A DNA stretch of 64,000 nucleotides. Source: Lophium mytilinum. Lineage: Eukaryota. Positions 23,046 through 35,870 of the stretch are shown here, one piece after another. Each line of letters begins with the position of its first letter. The stretch's first letter is position 1. The stretch is from assembly GCA_010093605.1 (NCBI GenBank), contig MU004188.1:1937918-2001917 (forward strand), written 5' to 3'. Made by a program: the position numbers and the translations under genes. A model generated the notes under the pieces. It made no database searches and was not told where the DNA came from. It saw only the letters and a list, made by a program, of their open reading frames with translations.

Positions 23046-24372
23046 ATGGACACCGCCAACATCCCTCTGCAGCAGCACCATCTCCCGCATCCCACCCACC
23101 TCTCCCTCCCAAACCCTCTCCGCACGCTGCAGCCCGCCGCCATCTCCGCCCTCCACCACCACCAGCAGCAATCCCTCCCCCACCATAATGCCGGCCTTCC
23201 CCCGCATCTCGCGACTAGCCTAGACCCCACGGACCCGGGCCTGTTCCGCTCGGGGTATGGCCACGAGGTCGCGCTGGGTGGGGAGCCTGGACTGGTGGGC
23301 TTCGAGCATGGCGCGCTCCCGCATCTAGGACAGCAGGAGAAGGGGTATGGGATTGCGTCGCAGGGGTATGCCGCGCATGCGCATGGGGGGAGTGGGTATG
23401 GGATTGTGGGGGGTGGGCAGCATATGGGGGGGTTGGGGCAGGCGGGGAGGGGGGAGCTGGACGGGGCAAGGTTTGGGAGTGGTATAGGGAGGGGGTCTTT
23501 GGGAGGGGAGGAAGGAGGGTCCTCCCTTCCGCTGGCTAGCTCCCTGGCGGGGGAGGCAGACGGGGAAGTGGATGGGGTGGTGGTGAAGAGTGATGGGCAG
23601 TTTGAGGGCTTGAAGCTGATTCCGAATCCGCCGGATTTGGAGTGTTGGCGGCAGAGGTTGTTTGCGGTTGATGAGATGGTGTTGTTGAGTGAGGAACAGT
23701 AGGTTGTCCCTATCCGGTTATTAGGTTCGGATGATATGAGGGGATTGGGGAAGATTGTGGGCGCGAAGTATTGAAATATACGAGCTAATTGGTGTTTGTG
23801 GATATAGGTTCCAAACATATTTCCCTCACGTCGATAATGTCTACTCCCATCGCTCAACCCAGCGCTACAAGCGCAAGCCCTTCGTCTCGCACTACTGGGA
23901 CTGCCGCCTCAAAGGTCGTCCGCCCGGCACAAAGAAGTCTACAGACCCAGAGAAGAAGAAAAGGAAGCGAGTTGCACGCGAGCGGGATCTGTGTGATGTT
24001 AAAATCAAGATCACGGAATACCTTCCCGGCACCGTCCCGAGCGATTTGTTTACTCCAACAACTAATTCGAACGGTGGAACTTCTGTGCAAGCTCCAACGC
24101 AGCAGCAGCTAGATGCGCTTAATGCGGGTGGCTTTTATGCGCAGCAAGGTCCAGCTGGGGAGCCATGGGGCCTGGGCAGCCTAGGCATGGGACCGTGTCA
24201 GGGGAAGTGGTATACAATCCAGCGCGTGAATGGGAATGGGGGAAATGGGAAGAGCGTGGGTTCTTGGGTTGCTGGACCTCATAAGCATACGCTTGAGGAG
24301 AGCGATCGGGTGAAGAAGAATAGTGTGCTTAGGCATTTTATGAAGAATGACAGGGTTCAGAAGAAAGTCCAG
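23046..24372 (+). CDS. Putative Zn-ribbon (WRKY/GCM1-like) domain exons, probably spliced to the downstream GST
   Basis: Intron 23699-23807 gives QFQTYFPHVDNVY...HYWDCRLKG...RDLCDVKIKITEY...GPHKH. NLS-like KKKRKR. Phase-0 GTGAGT donor at 24373. Confidence 0.7.
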
Positions 24373-24732
24373 GTGAGTGAGAATACATTCTCTTTAGGTC
24401 AGGGTATGAATTTGGGCTATGTTCCGTGGAGAGAGAGGCATCATGTACATCACGTCATTCTGCGGGGTTCCATGCGGCCGATCATGATCATGGTCATTGT
24501 CTTTTGCTCTGGGAGATATAAAAGTCACCTGCACATTTCCCAAATGTTTACCCCTACGAGATCAGCTCTATTTCGTGCTATTCATCAATCGCTCCATCCG
24601 AAAACAACTTCCTATTTCTCACATCTATATTGCCAACCTATTCTAAAAGGCCCTCTCGCCATAAACCCATCATTTAGAACTTCTCGTTCCCTATCATTCT
24701 TCTCTACTTCATCACCGCAAGCGAACATCAAA

Positions 24733-25764
24733 ATGACAGACTCCAACCAGGGTGGCGATCCGCAAAAGAAGACTTATCACAAGAAGGCCACGGGCAGAGC
24801 CTTGGCAACCGTGAAAGCGCACAGCAAAGAAGAAGACCTCAAGCTATATGGAAGCTGTTTCTGGTGAGTGCTTCAACATCCCGTTTATTGATTCCACTAT
24901 TGCGACACGAGGGCCAGCATGGTGACGTCAAAGCCAAACTCCTGCTAACCACATCCAGCCCTTTCGTTCAACGCGTCTGGATATCCCTGGAATTAAAGGG
25001 CATCCCGTATCAGTATATTGAAGTCGACCCGTACAAGAAGCCACAGAGTCTGCTGGATGTCAATCCGCGCGGGTTGGTGCCGGCGTTGAGGCATGGGCCG
25101 ACGTGGTCGTGTCATGAGTCGACTGTGTTGATGGAATATGTATGTTGGAACCTGCTTAGTGTGTTGTGAGCTGTCATGCTGATAGATGCTAGCTCGAAGA
25201 ACTACAACAAGGGCCGCCATTGCTGCCTGCAGACCCTCAGATGCGCGCGACTTGTCGTCTTTGGAGCGATCACGTGAGTATCTTTTCCAGTGTTTTTCCG
25301 CCTTCCGCTCCCGTAAAATCCGTCAAGGTGCCGTGCTCATAAAGGTGCAGATAAACCGCCATCTAATCCCCTCCTTCTACCGTCTCCTCCAATCCCAAGA
25401 CCCTTCGCAGCATCCGTCCCTCGCTTCGGAATTCTCAACCCATATCAGTACCATCGTCTCAGCCGCCGAGTCCCTTTCTGCTGGTCCCTTCTTCCTCGGT
25501 AACAGCATCGGCTTCGTAGACGTCCAGATGGCGCCCTGGGTCATCCGCCTCAACCGCGTGCTGAAACCGTACCGCGCATGGCCAGAGGCGGAGGAGGGGA
25601 CCAGGTGGAAAGCGTGGGTGAGCGCGATTGAGAACGAGGGAAGTGTGGAGAGGACAACGAGTACCGAGGAGCTGTATTTGGATAGCTATGAGCGGTATGC
25701 AGAGAACAGGGCGGACACGAGTCAGCTGGCTATTGCTGTGAATTCGGGGAGAGGTTTGCCTTGA
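24733..25764 (+). CDS. Cys-containing glutathione S-transferase
   Basis: LYGSCFCPFVQRVWI, VNPRGLVPAL and ESTVLMEY. Introns 24864-24958, 25140-25192 and 25274-25350. Confidence 0.9.
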
Positions 25765-25849
25765 TTTGGCGGTAAAGCATTGGAAGGTGCTTCCAGAAAA
25801 ATTATTATGAAGATGGGTGCCATCCATCATACTCTCAACATGTATCAAA

Positions 25850-27170
25850 TTCCGTTTCACGCGGTTGATTTGGTGAAATCTTGTCACTACGCAGTGCTAC
25901 TTCCCGATGGAGCACCTCAGCTATGTGGTCGAGAATCTGATTTGCGTAGACCTGATTCCGGACCTCGAGTCCAATTGTCGAACGGAGCTATACCGCTTAA
26001 CCTCTGCGTGCACGTCGCGTCTCCAAAGGCAATCTCATGCGGTTAGTTTCCTGAGAATTTCTGACAATTCTACCCAAATCCTACCCGGAGGTGTTTCAGC
26101 TACGTTTCATCACCTCTAAGTTCTTTGGTTGCCAACTAGATGTAGAGCCTGTTGCTTTTGGGACAGAAAATACCTACGTGGCGGACCCCTCTGCGTGCTC
26201 CCTGCGTCTACTAGATTTCTTCTCACGCGGTCAATTCGGTGAGAACTTGTAACTGGCCGACCAGGTTTCGCACACTGAGGATCTCCGGGTACTCAATTTT
26301 GCTCAGGTATTCTCATGACAATGGTCTGATATTGAGCCCGTTGTTTTTGGGATAGAAAGTAACTACAGGGCGTACCCCTCCGCGTGCTGCTTGTCTACCA
26401 AATTTTATTTCCACGCGGTTGAACCCGTAAGAACTTGTAACTAGCTGACGCAAATTCGCACGGAGGAACTCCAGTTTTTTTTTTTGCACAAGCATCCTTA
26501 TGGCGATAGTCTGATTTAGAGCTCGTTGCTTTTAGGATAGAAAACAACGACGCCACGTACCCCTCTGCGTGCACGCTGTGTCTATCAAAAGTTCGTTCGC
26601 GCGGTTTGATCCGTGAGAACTTGTAACAGTTTCAGTCATTTCTTGCACCAGAGGTACTCTAACAGATCCTTTTCTCTTGTGGACTTCTGAAACGTTAGTC
26701 TAATATACAGCCCGTTGCTTCTGCAATAAAAAGCAACCACGCCGCGTACCCCTTCGCCTGCACACCACGTCTCTTAATAGTTCATTCACGCGGTTTAATC
26801 CGTAAGAACTTGTACTAATATCACTTATTTCCTACACGGGGCGCTTCAGCTACTCATTTTCACATAGGAGGCCTTTTGCTATCGACCTAATATGCAGGTC
26901 GTTGCTATAGTGATGTAAGCGACCACCCTCCAGGTACCCTCGGCGTTTGGTAAAGAAATTATCACGCGGTTCAATCGGTAAGAACTTGTGATAAGTTTAC
27001 TGAATCTCTCTATAGGGGCGCTGCACCTATCCTTCTACATATAGGAGTCGCTTGTTATCGACCTAATATGGAGCTCGTTGCTTTGATTATGAAAAGCGAC
27101 CACCTTGTGTACCCTCCGCGTCTAGTAAAGACAGTCTCACACGGTCAATTTGGTAAGCATTGGTAACAAA
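25850..27170 (+). repeat. Degenerate ~175-189 bp tandem repeat, 8 anchors
   Basis: TCACGCGGTT..ATCCGT(A/G)AGAACTTGTAAC-like block with its GCGGT core at 25861, 26039, 26227, 26415, 26601, 26790, 26966 and 27141 (ACGGT). Second conserved block GAGCYCGTTGCTTT...GTACCCCTC. Confidence 0.88.
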
Positions 27171-27287
27171 AGTCGCTCGGAGGGGGACTCGGCGTGATTG
27201 GAAGCTCTCAATCGTTTACCCCTTTCCTTTCCAGTCTAACACCATGAAACTGCCATTGTAGTCAAGTAACGTGAGTTACACGTCTAT

Positions 27288-28200
27288 CACGTGACTGCTA
27301 AATCATCGCCCATCTCCCAGTATAAAAATTCTCCTCCGTCCGTTGTCTCGGATTTCTTTCTTCAGAGGCATGGGGGGAGGAGGAGGATCGAAAAGTAGAG
27401 TCGGAACCATTCATGGTGGCTGGGTAGAGGATCAAAATGATGAGGCACAAAGCATCATGGTGGATCTTTGGGCTGGTTTCAAACATATTCTGGTAATCTT
27501 CGATGTGGCGGAGAGAACACCAACTCTGGGAGAGGTTCATGATGGAGAGAGATGTTGTGGGCGAGGGGACCAACTTCCTTCTCAATGATGATCTTCATGT
27601 ATATCTTGAAAGGTTTTTGTTCACTACCCTCCCCTACTCTGCCATTTCTCCGCTAACATCGCCTTCTTTCTTCCGTCGCTCTAGCATCTTGCCCATCATC
27701 AGTAGACTAAAAAGCTGCTCGCCATCATTTCTCACCTATCCGCCGCACCATGTGGGTCCAGTTGTTGATTGCAGGCCATAGCGTTTGATATTAGGTGGAA
27801 GGCTAGCTAATATACAGGAATGGACCCAAGTTTGCTACCGTGATTGCTTGCTGTGGTGATTGTCCTAATCCAACACCAGTGTTGGGCGAGTTTGCACACC
27901 ACCACAACTCCAATCCATTGTAGATGAGGAATGGACGTAATTGCTCCCTAATACCAACTCCTCCGCCGCTCTATTCCATCTTAGTTTTTGATGTCCAGTG
28001 TAAACACCACGACACCACCCACATGGTTCGCCTGGACGTACCGTTTTGAACTCTCCAGCCCATCCCCACCCCTCCATGCGGCCTTTGCGATATCTTGTTG
28101 AATCGAGAAATCCTAAGTACCTCTGATGAAGGAATCTGAAGCTGGATACTGGAGAATGTTTCATAGTTGGTAGAGGCCTGCCAAGAAGGATGAGCATGTG
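27288..28200. other. Cluster 2 of E-box/TATA-headed ATGG...YCAA array units (convergent pair)
   Basis: Plus unit: CACGTG 27288, TATAAAA 27321, elements at 27370/27413/27457/27503/27542. Minus unit: CACATG 28200, TATGAAA 28165, elements at 28077/28024/27979/27918. Confidence 0.62.
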
Positions 28201-28509
28201 ATGAGCAAGTGATTTTCTGGGTCTAGGCGGTGAGACTTAGACGCTCTGACGTAACTGGTTGTGGATGAAAGTCGAGGAGCATGACTAAGGGGAGTGAGTC
28301 TGGGAAGCACGTAACGCAGGAGGCACGACGGTTGACAGAGAAAAAAGAGGGAATACAGAAATGTGAAGAGCGTGTTGGGAAATGGAAGATAAATAATCGG
28401 TTGTTGGAGTGACGTTAGTAGCGAGCAATAGAGAGGCTTCAAACTTGTGTCGTATTGGCATACCAAGGCCCAGTCTCATATATGCAAATAATCAAAACCA
28501 CCTCCCTCA

Positions 28510-30694
28510 TCACCCCGTCGCCAACACCCTCGTCCAATCAAACTTCCTCCACCGCTTTTTGAACCCGTCCGCTCTCCTATCCCCCTTCACCCACCGCCCC
28601 TGCCTCTTCACAACATCAACACCGACATCAAGCATCCCCCCAAAGACTTCTCTCGCAAACATATCGCCCTTTGGCCACCTATTCGAGTCTTCAACGATAT
28701 GCCCCATTCCACCATCCAGCTCAAACCAGACATGGAAATACGGCATCTCTTTCGCCAAAGTCCTCCGGAACGCTAGCTTCCCCATCCCGTTCTTAGAAGC
28801 CTTGAGTGTATCGATGAGTTTCCGATGCTGCGTCCACTCCTCGTCGCTACTGAGGATCGCTTCGCGGAAGAACGCGGGCGCCGTCTCGCCGAGTTCGTAC
28901 GGCACGGGAACAGCATTCATGGCAGCGTGGAGACCGCGTTGTGGCGCGGCTGCATTCTCGTAAAATACCACGTCCCGGCCTTGGTCGTGGTACATTCGGA
29001 TCAAGCACTTCATGAAATTGCGGATTTCCTCCCACTCGTCGTCGTCGCATTCCAGGAGGTTGGTCCGGTGTTGCGTAGGGACGATGATGGCGCCGCCTTC
29101 GCTGATCTCGGGCTCCGTGGGGAGGGTCAAGAAAACGCGGGTTCCAAGGGAGATGACGGGGGCGAGAGGGCCGGTGCCTTTGTCTTCGTGGGCGCAGAGC
29201 GGGCAGTTATCGAGAATGCGGTTTTGGCGCTGGTGGGCGGAGATGGCGTGATTGCGGAGATTGGTGTCGGATTTTGGGGCGCGGGTTGCTAGACGGGTTG
29301 CGTTTTCGTCTAGGTAGTCGAGATCGTTCTAAATAGTTGAGGTTAGATACTTGTGCACATAAAGAACGCAGTAAATGCGGCAAGGTGTTGAAAAGGAGAA
29401 CTTACATCGAATTTGTCATCTTTCGCAATCTTTTCAGCCAGAAGAAGACCCTCTCCCCCTACTTGGCCACGCGTCCGCCGTTCTTGCCGGACCATGTCCT
29501 CGATGCTCATGTCTTCGTTTTCGACCACTGTGCCGCGTTCGGTTCCTCTCTTATTCGTAAGGTGCTTGACTTCGCCTGCCCGATTTGCAAGCATTCGAGT
29601 GTCCATAGCATCGAGTACTACGACGTCTTTAGCCGGCCCATTCGCGGAAGCGGTTGCGGCTTCGTTGTATTCCTTCTCGAGTTGTGCGGCGTTCGGTGCG
29701 CCTCTTAGCTTCGCCTTCATCATCTGAGCTTTGAGTTTGTTCAAAGCGGTTTGGTCCAACACGGGCCCGCGTGGTTGTTCCACAGCTTGCTCTTGAGGTG
29801 AATAGCGTTCCCCCTGTACGGGAGGGGGAGGCATATTCTTCTTGTGGTCCGCCAGCCGTTGCCGGAAGAGCTCTCCATCAGGCTTGTCCTTGCCCTTGTA
29901 GCCTTGCCCATACATCTTCCTTCGGTCAACCTCGATCTCTTCCTCGCGAGCCTCATCGAACTCCCGGAGGTCACCGAAGCGCTCCAGGGCTATACCCTCG
30001 ACGGGGAGCCCACTCTCTTCCGCTTGCCTATACACAGCTTTGAGTTTCGTCATGCGCCACTGCGATCCAGAGTCCCCAAAAGTGTAGTCCACCTCTCGTT
30101 CCGGGGGTTCCTCGTTCGTATTGGTCTCTTCCGTCTCCTTCAGGCTGTCGTCCTGGAGATCGCGCAGGTGGTGGTTCAGTTCCATTCTGTGAATCTTCAG
30201 CTGGTAATCGGCCTGGCTGGCTCCTACAGTCGTGGGCTTTGCATCCTTCTGTTTGCGCTGAACGTAGTCGATATCCATTGACGATGGGGCTTGCATCCAC
30301 GAGTCGCGCTGCAGATCCCCATCCTCAGCATCTGCAAGCCTCGCATCTAAAGTATCCTCAGATGGTAATACAACATCATCCCCAGTATTTGGAGAAGCTG
30401 AGCGACTGTATTTTTTCGTAGAGCTCTCCCTATCGTCCTTGCGCGAGCGCTTGTGTTCGTGGTGTGACCGCGACTCTCTGTGGTCCTTGGAGCTGTGATG
30501 GCGTGACGAGTGATGATGGCGATGTTCTCGATCCTTGTCCTATTTCTAGTGAGCGCGATTCACTGTATCGAGAATGCTGGGGTTACCTTGGAGGAGCGAT
30601 GGCGGTCCCGGTCACGGCTCCGACTCCGGTGGCGCTTTCTCGACTCTTTGGCCTTACCAGCGGCCAGCTCTTTTTCAAAATCATCGAGACCCAT
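28510..30694 (-). CDS. CWF19: Pre-mRNA splicing factor Cwf19 (CWF19L2; CwfJ C-terminal domains)
   Basis: MGLDDFEKEL start; QRDSWM, DYTFGDSGSQWRMTKLK, ENEDMSIEDMV, PYFHVWF and FKKRWRKFDWT. Introns near 30585 and 29405. Confidence 0.9.
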
Positions 30695-30857
30695 AATGGA
30701 AAAGGGTGTTGAGGGCGTTAGTTGTGTGTTGTTGAAGATTCACGATGAGGTGAGGTCGAGGTATTGGTTGGTCCAAGCTTTTAATTCGATGTCACTTTCC
30801 CGCCGCTAAAGAACTTCATTCATTGAATTTCCAATCCTCTACCACAACAACACAGCC

Positions 30858-32066
30858 ATGGCTTCAACCACCACCTCAGATCCGCCTGTCGCCATCGTCT
30901 GCGTCGGCATGGCCGGCTCAGGCAAGACTACATTCATGCAACGCATCAACGCGCATCTGCACTCGAAGAAACAGCTACCTTATGTGATCAACCTAGACCC
31001 CGCGGTGCACAGCGTGCCCTTTGACAGCAACATCGACATCCGCGACTCGGTCAATTACAAAGAGGTCATGAAGCAGTACAATCTCGGGCCTAACGGTGGC
31101 ATTCTCACGTCCTTGAATTTGTTCGCGACCAAGATCGATCAGATTCTGGCACTTCTTGAAAAGCGGACTGCACCCCCGCCAGCCCCGACTTCATCGACCG
31201 CTTCTGGCCCAACCGCATCGCATAAGCCGATTAAGCATATACTAGTTGATACACCTGGCCAGATCGAGGTGTTTGTCTGGAGTGCGAGCGGCGATATCCT
31301 GCTCAACTCTCTGGCATCTAGCTTTCCGACTGTTATTGCCTACATCATCGACACCCCACGCACAACCTCGACCTCAACATTCATGTCAAACATGCTATAC
31401 GCATGCAGCATTCTCTACAAGACCAAACTTCCCATGATCCTCGTCTTCAACAAAACTGATGCACAAGACGCGGAATTCGCAAAAGAGTGGATGACCGACT
31501 TCGAAGCCTTCCAGGATGCGCTACGGAAAGAAGAGGAAGGCGGTAGTTTTGGCGGAGAAGGAAGTGGTGGGAGCGGCTATTTGGGTTCTCTACTGAACAG
31601 CATGAGTCTAGTGCTAGAAGAGTTCTACCGCCATCTCAGTGTCGTCGGCGTCTCCTCCATGACCGGCGACGGCATTGACGAGTTCTTTGAGAGCGTGGAA
31701 GAGAAGAAGCAGGAATTCGTGCGCGACTACCAACCCGAGCTGGAGCGGAGGCGCGCACAACGCGAAGAGGACAAGAAGAAGCATCGGGAAAAGGAGCTAG
31801 GGCGATTGATGAAAGACATGAATGTTACCGGTCCGAAGCCGACCTCGAAGCCGGGCGAAGAGCCTGAGACAGTCAGTGATGCCGAAGACCTGGACGACGA
31901 GGATCAGGAGGTCGAGATGAATGATGATGACGATGACGAGACACAGGAGAGCGGTCTTGAGGAGCGATACAAGCAGGCTATGCGAGACAGTCATGGGGAC
32001 GAGGGAGGTCCCTCGGGAGACGACTTTAGCTTCGCTCGATACATGCACAAGGCCAGCATTGGATGA
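30858..32066 (+). CDS. NPA3: GPN-loop GTPase 1
   Basis: [28 protein letters not shown] and NKTD; acidic tail. Confidence 0.96.
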   Translation: MASTTTSDPPVAIVCVGMAGSGKTTFMQRINAHLHSKKQLPYVINLDPAVHSVPFDSNIDIRDSVNYKEVMKQYNLGPNGGILTSLNLFATKIDQILALLEKRTAPPPAPTSSTASGPTASHKPIKHILVDTPGQIEVFVWSASGDILLNSLASSFPTVIAYIIDTPRTTSTSTFMSNMLYACSILYKTKLPMILVFNKTDAQDAEFAKEWMTDFEAFQDALRKEEEGGSFGGEGSGGSGYLGSLLNSMSLVLEEFYRHLSVVGVSSMTGDGIDEFFESVEEKKQEFVRDYQPELERRRAQREEDKKKHREKELGRLMKDMNVTGPKPTSKPGEEPETVSDAEDLDDEDQEVEMNDDDDDETQESGLEERYKQAMRDSHGDEGGPSGDDFSFARYMHKASIG

Positions 32067-35000
32067 GAGGTAGGTAGATCTTTCAGGCGCGGGGAACCAG
32101 AAGATTTTCACGGCAGGCTGCATCGAGAGAACTACAAAGACATCGTCCAACATCTTGCCGGACAGTCGGGAAGGCGAGGATATCGGAAAAGGACAGTTCC
32201 ACCCGCTCGTGGATCCAAACATGGTGCTCACGATATGCCCACGAAAAGCTCAATTTGTTCACGTCAGACTGTCCAACTTCCGCGCTGAATATGTCTTGCA
32301 TTGCAGGCTGCACTCGAGCAAGCGCACAAAACCACTCCACGTCTTCATCAGAACCCAAATCCGACCAGGGGTCCAGCGGCTGTGCCTTCGTGAAACCCCC
32401 AAACAGTCCATAGGGCGACTCGAAAAGTCGAACATGATGAGCCGACGGTCCACGGGACGGAAACCTGCAGTCTCTCACAACGCGGTCTAGATAATTCCCA
32501 GCGTTGCGTATCCCGAAAACAGCCAGGACCCCGGTTGCTTTCATCCATCCCGGCCGTACGGTTCTAAGTATCTCGGTAGCTGGTTTAAGAAAAATGCAGT
32601 TTCAGATATTTCAGGTACTGTGCGATGCGTTCTGTGTGTCGTTTCATCTCGTCTGCATCATACCGTGCGCAGCAGGAAAAGGGCTGAAGCTGCACCCGAC
32701 GTTCCGCTTGCCAGGCTGCTGGATCCGAGCTCTGACCCTCTCCGGGTCCAGCATGCGTCAAAACACTATACCCATGCTGTGTACAACAATGAGAGCTCGA
32801 AAACCCGACACCTGCAGCGGTGGGTGTAGCGTAACGGCTGCCAGAAGAAGCAAGCCTGCGTTCCCCAGATCCTAGGATTCGACCTGGACCCCAGATTCTG
32901 GGATGGACACACGCCGCACGCCCTGCAGCTCGCCGCACGACAAGTCGACGTGTATGTAAGGGGACGTGCGTGCATTTGGCTGTCTAGTATTCGAGCTGAA
33001 CGTTTGCGGCGGCTGGAGCGCGGGCGGCTTGGGGTATATGTGAGAAGTATATGATCTTTTCTGGTCTGCACTACACGTCTTCCCGGGTCTTTCAAGCCCT
33101 ACCACATGCAACTAGGCGTCTGAAAGAAGACCACTACCTACAGTGTCTGAATGCATCTTCACAATAGCGTAACAGACTTGCCTTCTACAGTCTTACGACG
33201 TAGCTCTCTCATTGCCTTTCATGCTCGCATCTCTCTTGCTTCGCTCCCTCTCCTGTAACCCCCCCATTTCCCCCCTCCCCTACTCGCCATCCCATCGACG
33301 AACCCTCTTCGTGCACTCACCCGCCCCCACCACCAAACTCAGCCACTTACGGCCTGCACCCCCACCCCCATCCGGCCAAAGCGACAGCTACCAGTCGTCG
33401 ACCGTTGCACGACATATTCACGAGCCGAAGGTCCCACGGGCCCGGACGGGGGCAACGGCGAAGCGTCGTGGAAAGCTCTTGCATGCAGGTGGAGGACGGG
33501 ACGCGGGTGTGGGAGGCGGGATCGGGTACATGGGAACGCAGGCACGCTGCAGGGGGTTCGGGGGAAGAGAAGTAGGCGTCTGCGTATGCAGATGTCGTTC
33601 GAGGAGCGGAGCTGAGGATGTGAAGGGGGAGAAGGGGTGGAAAGCAATATCAGCTTGGTTTGAAGTGGGGTGCTATCCAATTGAAGGAATTCGTAGGTGG
33701 ATTGGATTATATGAGATTTTTTATGGAACTTGCGTTTTTCTTTCTGTGCACTCAATATTTTACTTTGTATGCGCAGCATGTGGGTTTGACTCAACCTCTA
33801 ACTCAGACGTGCACTCTCCCCATTTCCTTAGCCGTGGAATGCACATGTTCACTGCAAGGACGATTACAATTTGCATGCAGACGTGGGCTCATACGCATAG
33901 ACAATACTATGTACTCACAACCTCGCCCGCCGCTCCGATATCTTCAACACTAAATAACCCACCCTACCTACCAGCTCTAGCCATCTAACGTAAGCGTATA
34001 CGTAAGCACAGCTTAAGGATACCCACTGCTTACCGAGTCTGCAAGGCCAACAACTGTCTCAACCACATCCAGCAGTACATCTTGACTTGGCTCCTTTTCG
34101 CTCTCACCACAGCGCTCTGTCTAAGGCTTAACCCTACACGTAAATGTCAGGACTTCCATCCTTCACACGTATAACCTAGCTAGTTTCCCTACCCGATCTT
34201 ATCCCCTGCCTTGCAAAGTCGCCAACAGACCAGCTATACCACTCTCCAGCCACATCACCCATAAACTACCCTCCTCGGAACAATCTCCGCTCTTTAACTT
34301 CTCTACTCCTCTCTACTCCTCCCCACTCCAATAAAAGAAGACATCAGCTCACGGAGCCACCTCCTCAGCACCATGCAGGGTCGCAGCCGCAGTTGTCTCC
34401 GAGTGGGGTGGGTGGGTGGATCTGCCAAGGGATAGGCGGGTAAGGGTAAGGGCAGAGACCAGCGGCCGTGGTTCCGTGGTTCAACACACGCCTTCTCCGT
34501 GAGCAGAACCGTGGTTCGCGGTCGTCGCCAACGGTCGTCGTGGCTGAAGACAGGTAGGACGACGTGTCCTCCAACTCCCAAGAGCGCAGAATCTACTTTG
34601 AGAGAGAGGGTGTATTTCTGTACACAGTTTTTAGAGGGTCCGCCTTATAAGGAACCCGCGGCTGCTGATCCCACTGGGCGGGGCCGCGGCCTAAGGGGTC
34701 CAGGTGCTGACAGCAACGAGGCGGGTGGGCCTACGCATACGCCTACTCCACTTCCCAGCTTTCCAAGTTTTTTCTGTTGTTGCTGAGGAGGGCCTATGCA
34801 GGGTATGGGTAGGGGTGCGCAGGGGTGACGTTGGGGTTAGGCGAGGGGAGCCGCGGGGTTGTGAGAGGCTGGAAGCTGGGGCCGCGGTGGGTGTGGGTTT
34901 TTGGGTTGTAGGACGTGTTTGAGGGTGCGGGCGAGTGGGCCGGGGATCTACGGGTAAGGTGGTCGTCTGATGATTCGGAAATGTGGCTGTGGCTGTGGTG

Positions 35001-35870
35001 GGAGTTCGGGGTGGGAGATACATGCGTTTGCGAGGCTGGGGTGCAGTTGGGAAGGCGTGGAGGGTGGAGTGGATTGATGATGTTCTAGTGACTCGGAGGG
35101 GAAGGAAAGCAACTCGGAACCACTAATTGAAAAGCAACTCGAAGAATTGCGTAGATTGGCTGTGGGTTGGCTGTAGATTAGATGATGTTCCTGTCAATTC
35201 CAAGCATGATGCAGAACGATCACAGACCACAGCATGACTTGAAACGGTAGTAAATGTTGTGACAAGCAGCTTATACAATTAATTCTCGCATGTGCCGGAA
35301 GCTCGCCCAACGAGCCTCGTACAGCACCTATCTAAACTCTCAAGACCGTAAGGCCGGGTATACATGTTATTCTCCCAATTCCGTCCGTCTCCACCTAGCC
35401 CTTTCCCAACCTATCCGTACTTTCTCCAAGCCGCCCCCCATTTTGGTCTGTCGCACTAAGACGGCCAGCGTAAAGGTGCCTCCTGCAGATAAACTGGATC
35501 TGAATCGAAAAGGTGAAACCGGCCCACCTCACCCAGGTGAGCACCAAGTGGTAACACAGACAAGAAAAGTAAACACGGTAGAAAAAGTGGAAGCCGTGTT
35601 GTGGAAAAGGAAAGATAACGCCGGTAATCAAGTAGCGCCGAGCCCCCCAACCCCGTCGTAGCCATGACGGCATGCGTCTATTTCGTGCATTAAGACCGTT
35701 TTCATTGGAGAGAATCGAGAGCTGTGGAGGACGTTGGAGGAGAGCCTAGGATCGGGGTTTTGTGGGAAAGGGCCCGAGGAGGTGGCCGAGGAAGAAACAG
35801 CTCAGTGGATAAGAGTGAGAAGAATCAAAGTGGCAGAATGTGGTATAGCTTGGGTAGTTTTTTGAGGTGA

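Noticed and set aside
32083..33111. Possible minus-strand gene or pseudogene
   Set aside because: ORFs 32872-33111 and 32083-32544 share a frame but are separated by several stops. No recognisable domain or convincing start.
33212..35673. ORFs of 100-258 aa between NPA3 and the C2H2 gene
   Set aside because: Low-complexity translations, often non-ATG starts, no domains.
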